Shown here one piece after another: positions 10,091 through 20,505 of a stretch of DNA of 21,136 nucleotides. Each line of letters starts with the position of its first letter. Within the stretch, counting starts at the first letter, position 1. A model generated the notes under the pieces. That model saw nothing but the letters and a program-made list of their open reading frames with translations, was not told the origin of the DNA and did not search any database. Source of the DNA: Paraspadella gotoi (lineage: Eukaryota > Animalia > Chaetognatha); NCBI GenBank assembly GCA_051294375.1, contig CM119263.1, positions 4,459,714-4,480,849 on the forward strand. The letters are read 5' to 3'. Made by a program: the position numbers and the translations under genes.

Positions 10091-10698
10091 TTTTTTCTTT
10101 CCTTCTATCTTTCTTCTACCATAAAACGAACAGAAAAAAAAGAAGAAATTAACGCTTAGCTCCTCCCCCTTCTCTCTCTCTTTCTCCTCTCTCTTTCATC
10201 TTTCTTCTCTCTCTCTGCTTCATCATTCCTCTCGGCGTCTCTCTTCTGCCTCTCTCTATCTCTCTTGCTCTCTCTCTTCTGCTCTCACTTCTCTCGTCTC
10301 GTCCGTATTCGTAGTCTCTATTCGAATTTCATTGACGTCCCCGTCAGAGTTCAACCGTCTCATCTGCTCCCCCTCCTCCTCTCCCGTCTGTCTCTCAGTC
10401 TCACATCTCGTCCTAGTCTCTCTCGTTCTCTCTTTCCTGCTCTCCGCTCCACATTCCCGTTCGTCGTTATATCCTTCTTTATTACGCATTTTCATTTGAC
10501 GGGCGCCTCGTTCCAGAGTTCAACCGCCATTTCTCTCCCTCCCCCCCCTCCTCCTCTCTTCCTGCTCCCCCCCTTTGCCCACGCTCCTTTTCTCTCTACC
10601 CCTCATATCCCCCCGTCTATTGCGGCCGCAGTCGACGTGGGACGGCGTTCTCGCTCGACCGCATGCGCGCATTCCCCCGTCATTGTCCCGGGACGCGC

Positions 10699-10750
<52 letters not shown>

Positions 10751-10836
10751 TGAGAGAAGATTGAGAGAAGAGGAGAGGAGCCTGGTAGTTAGTGTGAAAG
10801 CGCTGTCAAGTGTTCGAGGGATCAGGTGGGGCGCGG

Positions 10837-10861
10837 NNNNNNNNNNNNNNNNNNNNNNNNN
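10837..10861. other. Assembly gap (25 N)
   Basis: Run of N; similarity to copy C ends just upstream. Confidence 0.99.
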
Positions 10862-11439
10862 GAGAGAGATGACGACGACCGACGACAACGAACGGCGACG
10901 AACGACACGACTCATAAAAAGCGCATTTATTATCTCAACGCCGTCGGCGACCTCTAACAATCGTAAGAACCTTTTTCTTGGGCCATTTCTCTGTCGGCTG
11001 AGGGATTTTGAAAAGCTTTAATTGTCGGCCCATGGCGACGTTCGAAAGCGAACATGTCGGGTGGCGCCAGATTTGAAAGAAGTTCGCGTCGGGGATTCGA
11101 ACTCCGCGACCTCGGGAACGACGGCGGAGGACGTGACGCATGTGACGGATTCAAGAGCGATCGCGCCTCATCACTCTAGTTTCGTAAGCCCTCGGCCTTC
11201 CCACGTCCCACCCCAATTACCAGTCGCAGAGGGTCTCTCCAGTCCGGAGACAGTCTGGATCCCCAAGTCCCCCCCGTCCCCGCTCCACCTTTGACTCGAA
11301 TCCCTTGTTCCCCGCCCCCTGTGACCTCAGCGACGCCATATGTACCCCATTTAACCACCCTCTCCTCCCTCCAGAGACCGAGTTCAGAAAGACCCAAGGT
11401 TTCGGGCACCCAGGGAGACGATTCTCTGCGGTTGCTTAG

Positions 11440-11515
11440 AGACGACGACCGACGACGACGCGACGACGACGACGACGAACTGACAGACGACGACGACGAC
11501 GACGACGACGAGACG
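11440..11515. repeat. (GAC)n trinucleotide microsatellite
   Basis: Interrupted gacgacgac runs; a related tract is at 10871-10905, and (CAA/CGA) tracts are at 5589-5625, 14608-14640 and 15651-15688. Confidence 0.95.
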
Positions 11516-12265
11516 AAACAGCCCAAAAAGAATCATAAGACAAAGAAAGCCCAAAAAGATTCGAGTCGAAAGAAAAGTTTGCCTTAATCTTCTCGCAGAT
11601 CGTGAGTTTTTGAGAAAAACTCGATTTCACAATCGAAAAAAAAAGAAGAAAAATTTATCCTTTTTTTTGTGGAATCGAATCCAGTTAAGGGAGGATAAAG
11701 GAAGGTAAGTTAAAATATAAATAACTAATAAATTAATTAAAATTAAATGACTAAAAACTAAATACAACTAATAATCATTAAACACAAGAAAATTAACGAA
11801 ACTACTTTCAACGACTTTCGAATTTGAGATTGAATGTGCGGTACACTGTACTCGTAAAACGTGTTTTCTGCCACTGTGGTCGAAGTACAAAAAAGCCATG
11901 AGATACAAAAGAGAAGAAAAAGAATTAGGAGAGAATATAAAAGAAAGTTAAGTAGTTTTAACTTAAAATTTAAGTGAAAAGCGAAAAATATCGAATTTAA
12001 AAAAAAAAAAACTCGCTTCTCTCACTTCAATCCACGCCATTTTTTTCCAATTGCCCTCCCGAGGTCCTGCCTTCCAATTCCCCCTCCCTCTGCCGTCCGC
12101 CCTTTCCGTCCTCCCCCTTTTCGGGTTCTCCTCCTAAGGTTTCTTCCCCCAGGGGGTTTCGCCCCAACGATTTGTCTCTGTCGATATCAAATTTACGTCG
12201 CTAATTAATTCGTTTTCAGAATGGGATTTTTTTTTTTCCGTCCCGCCACTATACTCGCGTTGAAT

Positions 12266-12400
12266 TGGGGGTGGAGGGGGGAGAAGGGGGTGAGGGGGAA
12301 AGGGGGAAATTGGGAGGGGTAGGGGAGAGTAGGAGTAAGGGGTAGGGAAGTGGTAGGGGTAGGGGTAGGGAAGGTGGTAATGGGGTAAGGGTAAGGGGAA
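12266..12400 (+). repeat. G-rich tract with (TAGGGG/TAAGGG)-like units; G-quadruplex potential
   Basis: More than a dozen runs of 3 or more G with short spacers, e.g. gtaggggtaggggtagggaagg and ggggtaagggtaagggg. Confidence 0.8.
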
Positions 12401-12509
12401 GTTGGTTTTCCTATTGAAATGGGGTATGAATGAAAAAAAGGCAATTATTGAATAAGCACTAAGTATTACTAGAATTAGGAGAATAAAAAAGAAATAGGAA
12501 GTAGAACGA

Positions 12510-12511
<2 letters not shown>

Positions 12512-12557
<46 letters not shown>

Positions 12558-12837
12558 CCCCCCGAATGAGAGCGGGTTAATTGCGACTCTGATCTCCGTT
12601 CGTTCTCCTTCTCTTCCGATTTCGTGATTCCGTCTGGAATCTTGAGGCGAGAGAAATCGCGATGTCATCGGAATTAGAAATTTCGAACAGAGGATTTGAC
12701 ACAAATGCGTCCATCGCAAACTTTGCATCTTGTAGTAACATTTATGATTTATTCTAAAATGAAATTTTAGAAAGAATGATATCCTCCGTATCAACCGCTA
12801 TCATTATGCCTTAAATTCTCTCTCTCTCTCTCTCTCA

Positions 12838-12892
<55 letters not shown>

Positions 12893-13169
12893 TCTCTCTC
12901 TCTCTTCTCTCTCTTCCCCAAAAATCTCTTTCCTCCTCAAAAATACTTTGACTTCTAATTTTCTTGTTGTCTTTCTTGCGCGATTTGGGTCTATTATTCG
13001 TGATGAAGAAAAAAAAAAATCTCCAACGTCGATCGTAAAGCACGCGTGACTTGTTTTTTAAAACCGATTCGTTCTTACTGAAGAGACAAGGAAAAATTAT
13101 TATCTCTCTCTCTCTCTCTCAGCTCTCTGTCTCTCTTCGATCTCTCTCCTCTCTCTCTCTCTCTCTTCT

Positions 13170-13200
<31 letters not shown>

Positions 13201-13203
13201 TCT
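12512..13203. repeat. (GA)n 12512-12552, (CT)n 12817-12913 and (CT)n 13103-13203 microsatellite cluster
   Basis: Direct reading. Confidence 0.95.
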
Positions 13204-14228
13204 GACTGTTATTAAAAAGCCTTTTTAACTTTTTCTCTCTTCATGCGCCCTTTTCGTCTCTCTCAAGTCAATTGACTCCCTTTGTCATTGCTTTCAATCT
13301 AATTTTGTCATTGTCCTCCTTCATTCATTAATTTTACAGTTCCAGTCTTATTTAACAAACAAAACTTGTTCATTTTCTTTTTTAAATTCTTCTAATGTCT
13401 TTATTCTTATCGTAATACTTTTCATTCTTCCATTAATACAATTATACTATTATTTTAATTCTTTTAATTTTTTTTCAATTTTAAATCGTTCGTTCTCTAT
13501 TCTCCATTCTTTCTGAAATGAGATAAGATAGTCGAAATGATAATGAGAATATATTAGAGAATAGAATTGATTGAGAATAGATAATTGATGAGAAACAGAA
13601 TGTGTAATAGATGGGAAGAAAGAGATGAGTTAAAATTGGACGAAATTTTATGGAACACAAACGCCAGTGAAGAGATGAGAGAGGAATTGAGTCGTTGAGG
13701 GCTAAAAAGAATGAGATGAGGAGTTGAAGCAGTTGAGGTGATGATCAAATTAGAAAATATAGAGAGTCGGTGTAAAAGAATTATGTGTTACTTATTTGGG
13801 AGGAAAATCCAAGGAGTAAAAAAAAAAGGGAAAGAAGAAAAATGAAAAAAAAATTGAAAAAAAAGAAAAAAAAATAAGGAGAAGAGAAAATAAAAGAGAA
13901 AGTATTTTCTACCTCTCTTTTCTATTTTCTTTTCTTTTTTTCTTTTTCTTTTTCGTGAATCGATGGTCTGTTCGGCAGAAACAAAAAAAAAACAAAAAAA
14001 AACAAAAAAAAAAAACATCCGTTTAGTCGGAAACAAATGTGACCCTCAAGATTTATTCAAACGTGCGGATGGAAAATTATGGATGTTCATTTATAAGCGT
14101 CACTCGCGAATCTCGGGAGACGAGGGAGGAAGAAAAGGAGGGAGGGAGGGAGGGAGAAAAGGAGGAAGAAGAGGAAGGAAGAAGAGGGAGGGAGTGAGGA
14201 AAGAGAGAGGGAGGGAGGCAGGAAGGAA

Positions 14229-14248
14229 GAGAGAGAGAGAGAGAGAGA

Positions 14249-14301
<53 letters not shown>
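14229..14301. repeat. (GA)n microsatellite within a purine-rich tract (14122-14480)
   Basis: Direct reading. Confidence 0.97.
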
Positions 14302-14308
<7 letters not shown>

Positions 14309-15929
14309 TTGGGCGCTTAAAGGACTGGGAAGTAAAAGAGAAGAGAGTAGAGTAGAAAGAAGTTAGATAAAGTGAGAGAAAGAGAACAAGGGATGAAGAG
14401 AAGTCACTTTCGAAATAAGAGATGAGAAAAAAGAGGAGAAAGAAAGAAAAAAAGTGAATAAAGTGATGAAAAAGAAGTAAAAATTCAAAGGTCCTATGCA
14501 GATCGGAACCCTGAGAAAAACATATTTTTTTTTTATATTCTCGTCAACGAAGGTTAAGCGGGTCGAATGAACGAAACGAAATATAGATTTTTCGTCCTAA
14601 ATCACTAAACGACAACAACAACGACGACAACAACAAACAACCGAGAGAAGCAAAGGGCGTGTCCGACCGAATGCGTTTGGACCGGATAGGATCTTCGAGC
14701 GATGTCCTTTCTCGAATTTGAACGGAGGAGAAGAAGAGGAGGAAAAGAGGTGGAGGAAGAGGAGAAGAGGAGAAAGAGGTAAGGAGTGAGACGATGGAGG
14801 ATTTATCAGAAGGAATTTGGTGAGAAGATTTAAGGGGATGAATATGTAGAAGGACAGGATTTATGATGGGGACTGAAGATTTAGGTGAACAGATTTAAAG
14901 CGATAAGAAGATTTAGCGGGAGGCATTTAAATCAGAAGATTTGGAGGAAGAATTTAAAGGGGATGAAGATAAAGAGGCAGAGATTTATGGAAATGAATAT
15001 CCGCCGAAAACAGCTTCCCCACTCCCCGCCAAACGCCGGACAAACGCCGCGCAGACAAACCGCGCTGACTGCCCGCTGACATGCCGCCATTACGCCCCGC
15101 CGCTCCGATTTCCGGCCGACTTTCTTTTTCGTCTCAAATGATTCGCCACTAGTCATAACCATCGCCTTTAGAAAGGTTCTCTTTGCCGACTGATAGAGAC
15201 GGAGAGAGGAAGAAGTAATCAAACGTCTCACTATCTCTCTCTCTCTCTCTCTCTCCCTTTTCCATCTCGAAGTCTTCCTTCTCGATCCCAATCCATCTCT
15301 CTCATCTCTCTCCATCTCTGCTCGTTTTCTCCTCGCTCTACCTGTCCATCCTCTAGAATTCTTTTTATCGAGCATCGTCACTGGGTTCCTTATCAATACT
15401 CTATCTCTCTCCTCTCGATTTTCTGTGCGGTCATAACTTATTTAAATAATTGTCCAATAATACAAAATAAGAATTGTCTTAAAAAATTATCATTTATTTT
15501 CTTTACAAAATCAGTTTTCCTTCTTCGTATTTCTATCTTAACAATCTTTATTAAATTTCGTAAAAATTCTTTCGAAAAATTTTGTACAACTTTCTCGATC
15601 CCTGTTCATCAAAATTCGCGAAAAAGGTGAAGCCGCATTAAGCTCTCCATCAACAACGACAACGACAACAACAACGACAACGACAACATCTCTGCAATCG
15701 ACACAGCATCTTTCTTTGCATTGACTTTTTTTTGCGAAGTCGACCGGGCGTTGTTAAGCGAAGGGAGGGGAGAGGGGCAGAGAGAAGGGAGGAGGGTAGA
15801 AGGGAGGAGGAGGGAAGGGGAAGAGGGAGAAGGAAGAGGAGGAGAGGGGAGAAGGAGGGAGAAAAGTAGATTGAGAGGTGGAGTGGGGGGTAGAGAGCGA
15901 GAACTCGCCTCTATTGAAAGTGGCTACCC

Positions 15930-16190
15930 ACTGCCGCCGTTGCCGCTGCGCGCCGCCGTTCCCGCTACCGCCCCGTTGCAAAGGCGGAGCGCGAAGAAAA
16001 GGGAACTTAGCGACCCCGGGCCCGACGATCGACCCAAGGCTCTGAGCCGTCTGGGCTGTCGGGCCCCGCTCGGGCCGTATGGCCGAATACAACGGTCGCG
16101 GCCCGTAAAAAAAGGGAGCTTTTCTGGCATCCGTTGAACAGCGGCGAGACTGAGACGGCGGCGGGCGGCGATGGCGGCGGCGGCTGGCGG
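15930..16190 (+). ncRNA. Second copy of the candidate GC-rich structured RNA domain
   Basis: Near-identical to 9005-9270; AGAAAAG/CTTTTCT, GGCGGA/TCCGTT, CGACC/GGTCG and GGGCCCGAC/GTCGGGCCC helices are all retained. Confidence 0.4.
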
Positions 16191-16353
16191 CTTGAAGGCG
16201 AACCGCCAAAATGTGTTAAAAAGAGAAAATAGTAGTCTGCTAGAAAATCTTTTCGCGCTGTTGCCAGTCGAAGAAACATCTCTCTCTCCTCTCTCTCTCT
16301 CTCTCCTCTCTTCTCTCTCTCCTCTCTCTCTCTCTTCTCTCCTCTCTCGTCTC

Positions 16354-16384
<31 letters not shown>

Positions 16385-16527
16385 CATTGTAGACAACGGC
16401 TCGTAAAAAGGATATCTCATTCTTGCCAAATATGGTGGGGATTTTATGGTGGGGACCAGCGGTTCCTCCCCGAAAAAGCTCGTGGCCGAGCGATGGAGCG
16501 AGAGAGAGAGAGAAAGAGAAGAGAAAG

Positions 16528-16602
<75 letters not shown>

Positions 16603-17144
16603 TTTTAAAGTCGTTTCATGAAGCGAATCTCTCTCCCACTACTAGGTGCAGCTTATGACGATCAGAGGTGCCCATAGCCCCTTTCGCCATGGAGTTCAAA
16701 AGAGTACACTGAATCAAATGAACTAAATATAACTACAATAAACCGGGCTAAATAAAGTGAACTTTTAAACTTTTGGTCATTTTTCTGAGTCAATTTGGGA
16801 GTGAAATATCTAATTTAGAAAAGTATTTCTGTTCCCTTTCCCCCCTTTTTTTTTCTTTCTTCTTCCTTCCTTCCTTCCTTCCTTCCTTCCCTCCCTCTTC
16901 CTTCCTTCCCTTCTTCCTTCCTTCCTTCCTTTCCTTCCTCCTTCCTTCCTTCCCCTTCCCTTTTTTCTTCTTTCTTTTCTTTCTTATCTTTTTTTTTTTC
17001 TTTCCTTCTATCTTCTTCTACCATAAAACGAACAGAAAAAAAGAAGAAATTAAACGCTTAGCTCTCTCTCTCTCTTCTCTTCATCTTCTCTCTGCTCTCT
17101 CTTTCTCTCTCTCTCTCTCTCTTCCTCCTCTCCCTTCTTTCTCT

Positions 17145-19200
17145 GAAGGTCATATGGTTGCACTTTCCCTCCACTGATCTCGACGCCTGATTGGTCCAGC
17201 CGCGAACTCAGCCGCGGACTTTTCCCTCGGCGGCGGGAGTAAGTCCGCTTCCTGAATTCGGCTTTCGTCTTCGCCGCGAAGAAGAGGATTCTCATTCCTT
17301 CTCTTTCTCTCCTCTCACTCTTCGCTCCTCTTTCGCGAGTTCTTAACTCACGATTTCGGGAGAAATTTATTATTTTCTTTCTCTCATGAAATCAGTCATG
17401 TTTCAAAGGCAAAGTATATAAAGCATAGAAATAAAAAAATAAAAATAAAATGGCATTTTTTACTTTTACCGGACGGGAGTAGTTAAGGATTAGAGGGTTT
17501 ATGTGTTAGAGGTAAATTCGGTTGGATAATTTTTAAAAAAAAATGTTTAAATAAATATCGCGAAGAGTAAAATTTTAACAAATAAAATTTATCGATTTTT
17601 TTCCAATAATTTTTAATTTTGGTATTTTATTTTACTTTGGTTTCGTCAATCGTTCAGTCTGGTTTCAAGTTTAACTTTGTCTTTTGTTCTGGGAATGATG
17701 ACAGTGTGTTAGAGAGGGTCGCGTTCGATCAACACTGGCTCGCTTATGCAGCCAAAAGTAAAACGAATGTTTCCTTCATATGTCTCTCTCCAGACTTACC
17801 ATTTAACACAGTTATACATAATTAAAGGTGAAAAAAAAGACCACATAAAAAATGCTTAAATTATAAAATTTCACTGCTCTTCAAATAAATTATATTTTTC
17901 ATACGGAAGTTGAGACTTAAAAAAGATGAAACCTAATAAACCATCTTTGATGAGCTTAAAAGATTGTTTTATCAAATATGAAATTATCATTTGTGTGGGA
18001 AGCATCATTTTTACTTATATTGCTTTTGTGGAAGATCCACGACTATAGGGTGTAAACAGTTGTATTTACGACGGCAAACAATGACATAAAAGGTGAATAA
18101 AATAATGATTACACGAGTGCGGAGAGACAAAACGATGTTACAGGATGGCAAAGGCCTTTGAATTGGTTGTTGTCTCTTCTGGGCTACGCCCACGGACCAA
18201 TGGAAACCCGTTGAAGCCCGGTGACGACGAGACCATCATGCACCGGCAACGTTCTGAGGTCATGTGGTCGGTTGAGCGGAAAGAGAGAGAGAGTCGAAGG
18301 TAACTCGGCCTCACTTTATTCTTTTTTCACTATAAAAATTAGCTAAAGAATGCATTACCAGTTTATAAGAAATTCTGCATGGTATCTCAACTTAAAAATA
18401 ATTCATCTTCTCGATGAAATATTTTTTTAAAGTTTTTTTTTAGATGTGCTATTATTGTAACCTTGAGTCCTTCATCCTCCTTCTTCCTATCCCTCCTTCC
18501 GAGGAGCCGTACCTTTTTTAGTCCAGTCTTCGCGAGCCCTCGAGTTCTACCTAACTACCTTTTTTTCTAATACTATCCGGTGCCAGGCGACTTTTCCTCA
18601 ATAAACATTATCGTCGCCGATATACGACTCTTCTTCTTTCAGGTAACATTTTTTTTGCGTGTTCTTTTTGCTTGGTTTCGTCGGCTTACCACTTTGGTAA
18701 TGACTTCGCAGGAATTTAAAGAGAGAAAATAAGAATACGTTTCACGAATTTTATTTACAACATGTATTTATGATCAAAATCATTTTCAGGAGAAAGACAA
18801 TTAGTAAAAATAACAAGTAAGCAGTCGAAACGAATCTTAAGTGGTCAGTTAACTATTTGATCCTTGATTGTCACACAACGATCTGTGTAACACGAGCCAC
18901 GGAGCACGAGAAAGATAATAAAAAATAGAAAAGCAAAAACTTATGAGAATGAGAGAGAGAAAAAGAGCCGAGCGGTATATTTCGGCGGCATCCTTTCGCA
19001 CCCTAGACCGCTGCGACCGATCGCCCGTCGAGTATGAGAAAGAAGAGCCGATCTTCGGCTCATTTATCGGAGAGTCAGCGACCGCGGATGACCGTCCCGA
19101 CCTTCGACCGGCGGTAAGAGAGAGGAGGGGGAACGGAAGGAGAGGGAAGCCTTTTGGTCGTCTCGCGGCTCGGTCCGATTGTTGTCGACCAACTCCTGTT
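17145..19200. mobile_element. Copy-C-specific ~2.05-kb block inside a (CT)n tract with degenerate subterminal inverted repeats; putative DNA transposon
   Basis: Absent between the homologous flanks in copy B (10160-10440). The reverse complement of 17180-17205 (tcgcggct-ggaccaatcaggcgtcga) aligns to 19163-19188 (tcgcggctcggtccgatt-gttgtcga) at 20 of 27 columns. Ends are GC-rich and the interior is AT-rich. Confidence 0.5.
18144..18299 (+). CDS. Possible exon, unknown product
   Basis: TTACAG| acceptor, open frame MAKAFELVVVSSGLRPRTNGNPLKPGDDETIMHRQRSEVMWSVERKERESR, donor AAG|GTAACT; a further T-rich acceptor ends at 18443 and a donor CAG|GTAACA follows near 18642. Confidence 0.25.
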
Positions 19201-19579
19201 TCTCTTTCTCTTTCTCTCTTCTCTCTCTCTCTCTCTCTCTCTGTTCGTCCGTCATCTCTCTCCTCTTTCGCTCTCTTCTCTCTCTCCGTACTCTCTCCTC
19301 TCTCCTCCCTCCGCTCCACATTCCCGTTCGTCGTTTATATTCCTTCTTATTACGCATTTTCAATTGACGCTGCCCGTTCCAGAGTTCAACGTCCCATTTC
19401 TTCCCCCCCCTCCTCCTTCTCCCTGACTCCCCCCCTTTTGCCCACGCCCCCTTTTTCTTCTGCTAACCCCATCACTCCCCCTCTATTCGGCCGGCAGTCG
19501 ACCGTGAGACGGCGTGTTTGCTCGCTTTCGCGCCGCAGTCGCGCATTCCTCCGCAGTCATTGTCCCGGGCGCGCGGATA

Positions 19580-19651
<72 letters not shown>

Positions 19652-19787
19652 AAGAAGAGAGAGAGAGAGAGACATGTCTTGATGGCCTTTATTCCCAGCC
19701 CCCCGCCTTTTTTCACAATAACCATTTGCTATCGGTCGTCATTGTTTCTCTCTCTCGATGCGTTTTTGCCAGGCTCGGTTCCGTCCT

Positions 19788-20000
19788 CGCGAGTCTGGAG
19801 AGTGTAAGGAGCGATAGCGTGGGCGCGAGTGAGCGGCTTGCCTGAGAGTGAAGGAAGCCGGCGAGTTGAAGAGAAGGAGGCTTGGATGCTGGAGAGTGAA
19901 GGAGCCGCGAGTCTGAGAGTGAAGGAGGCTGCGAGTCTGAGAGCGAAAGAGGCCGCCGGTGTGAGAGACAAGGAAGCCGCGAGTTTGAGAGCGAAAGAGG
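19788..20000. repeat. 24-bp minisatellite (AGTCTGAGAGYGAARGARGCYGCG), about 8 units, the last 4 clean
   Basis: Units start at 19910, 19934, 19958, 19982; upstream units are degraded by indels. Confidence 0.88.
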
Positions 20001-20073
20001 ATTTTCTACACCAATTTATTATACGACATTGATTTCGCCATTGATTTATTCTTTTTTAATAATAAACTTATGC

Positions 20074-20121
20074 ACGATTTATTCACGATTTATTCGTCAT
20101 TTATTCGACATTTACGTCATT
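20074..20121. repeat. 11-bp tandem repeat (CACGATTTATT / CGTCATTTATT)
   Basis: cacgatttatt cacgatttatt cgtcatttatt cgacatttacg. Confidence 0.8.
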
Positions 20122-20478
20122 CAAGATTTAGAAAACCTTGCTCCATGTTAAAGCCAGTTCGACCTACGACCGACGAATCGAACGCGCGACCCTCGAGGCA
20201 TAAAAAATAATAAACATTTCCTACACTTAGATTTCTGCATCGACTTTTGTAAGATTTGTCTCATCGTCGACGTCATCGACAACGGAATCAATTAATTCCC
20301 GTTTGATTTAGAATTCCTTTCTGTCAGATTCGCTGTTAGACGTCATCGGAATCAATTAGGCGAAGAATTATGACGTCATGATCGTCGATGTTACTTATAC
20401 AATATCAACTTGTTAGTAAGTAGGGAGTTGTCTTTTCATACGATTGAAACAGTTTTTAAAATATTAAAACACTTCGTT

Positions 20479-20505
20479 GATAGAGATAGAGATAGAGATA
20501 GATAG
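20479..20505. repeat. (GATAGA)n microsatellite
   Basis: About four tandem units. Confidence 0.85.

Larger units (their letters stand above)
1500..10760 (+). repeat. Copy B of the multi-kb direct repeat unit (carries two extra blocks; boundaries approximate)
   Basis: Colinear anchors with copy C: 2107 gatggtct~13962; 2215 tgaccct~14040; 2643 gtcactttcgaa~14403; 2773 attcaaaggtcct~14483; 3589 ccactcccccgccaaac~15019; 5356-5693~15416-15757; 8735-10200~15754-17100 (high identity); 10444-10750~19310-19650. Confidence 0.9.
13510..19670 (+). repeat. Copy C of the multi-kb direct repeat unit (lacks the TTAA element, carries its own extra block; boundaries approximate)
   Basis: Same anchors as listed for copies A and B, in the same order and orientation. 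Confidence 0.9.

Noticed and set aside
12330-12400. True telomere or interstitial telomeric array
   Set aside because: Units are heterogeneous (TAGGGG, TAAGGG, TAGGGA) and few; no run of canonical TTAGG, TTAGGG or TTAGGC.
14322-14340. GGAAGTAAAAG resembling the 3' end of 18S rRNA
   Set aside because: Not followed by TCGTAACAAGG, embedded in a purine tract, and no other conserved 18S/5.8S/28S motif was found in the window.
17214-17230. Minus-strand GAGGGAAAAGTCCG resembling RNase P CR-I
   Set aside because: It is one arm of a local hairpin and no matching CR-V/P4 partner is evident.
17638-17662. Minus-strand CTGAACGA..CGAAAC hammerhead-like core
   Set aside because: Does not fit CUGANGA exactly and flanking stems I and III cannot be formed.
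19788-20000. CRISPR array interpretation of the 24-bp or 30-bp repeats
   Set aside because: Units are head-to-tail with no unique spacers, no cas genes are present and the context is eukaryotic.
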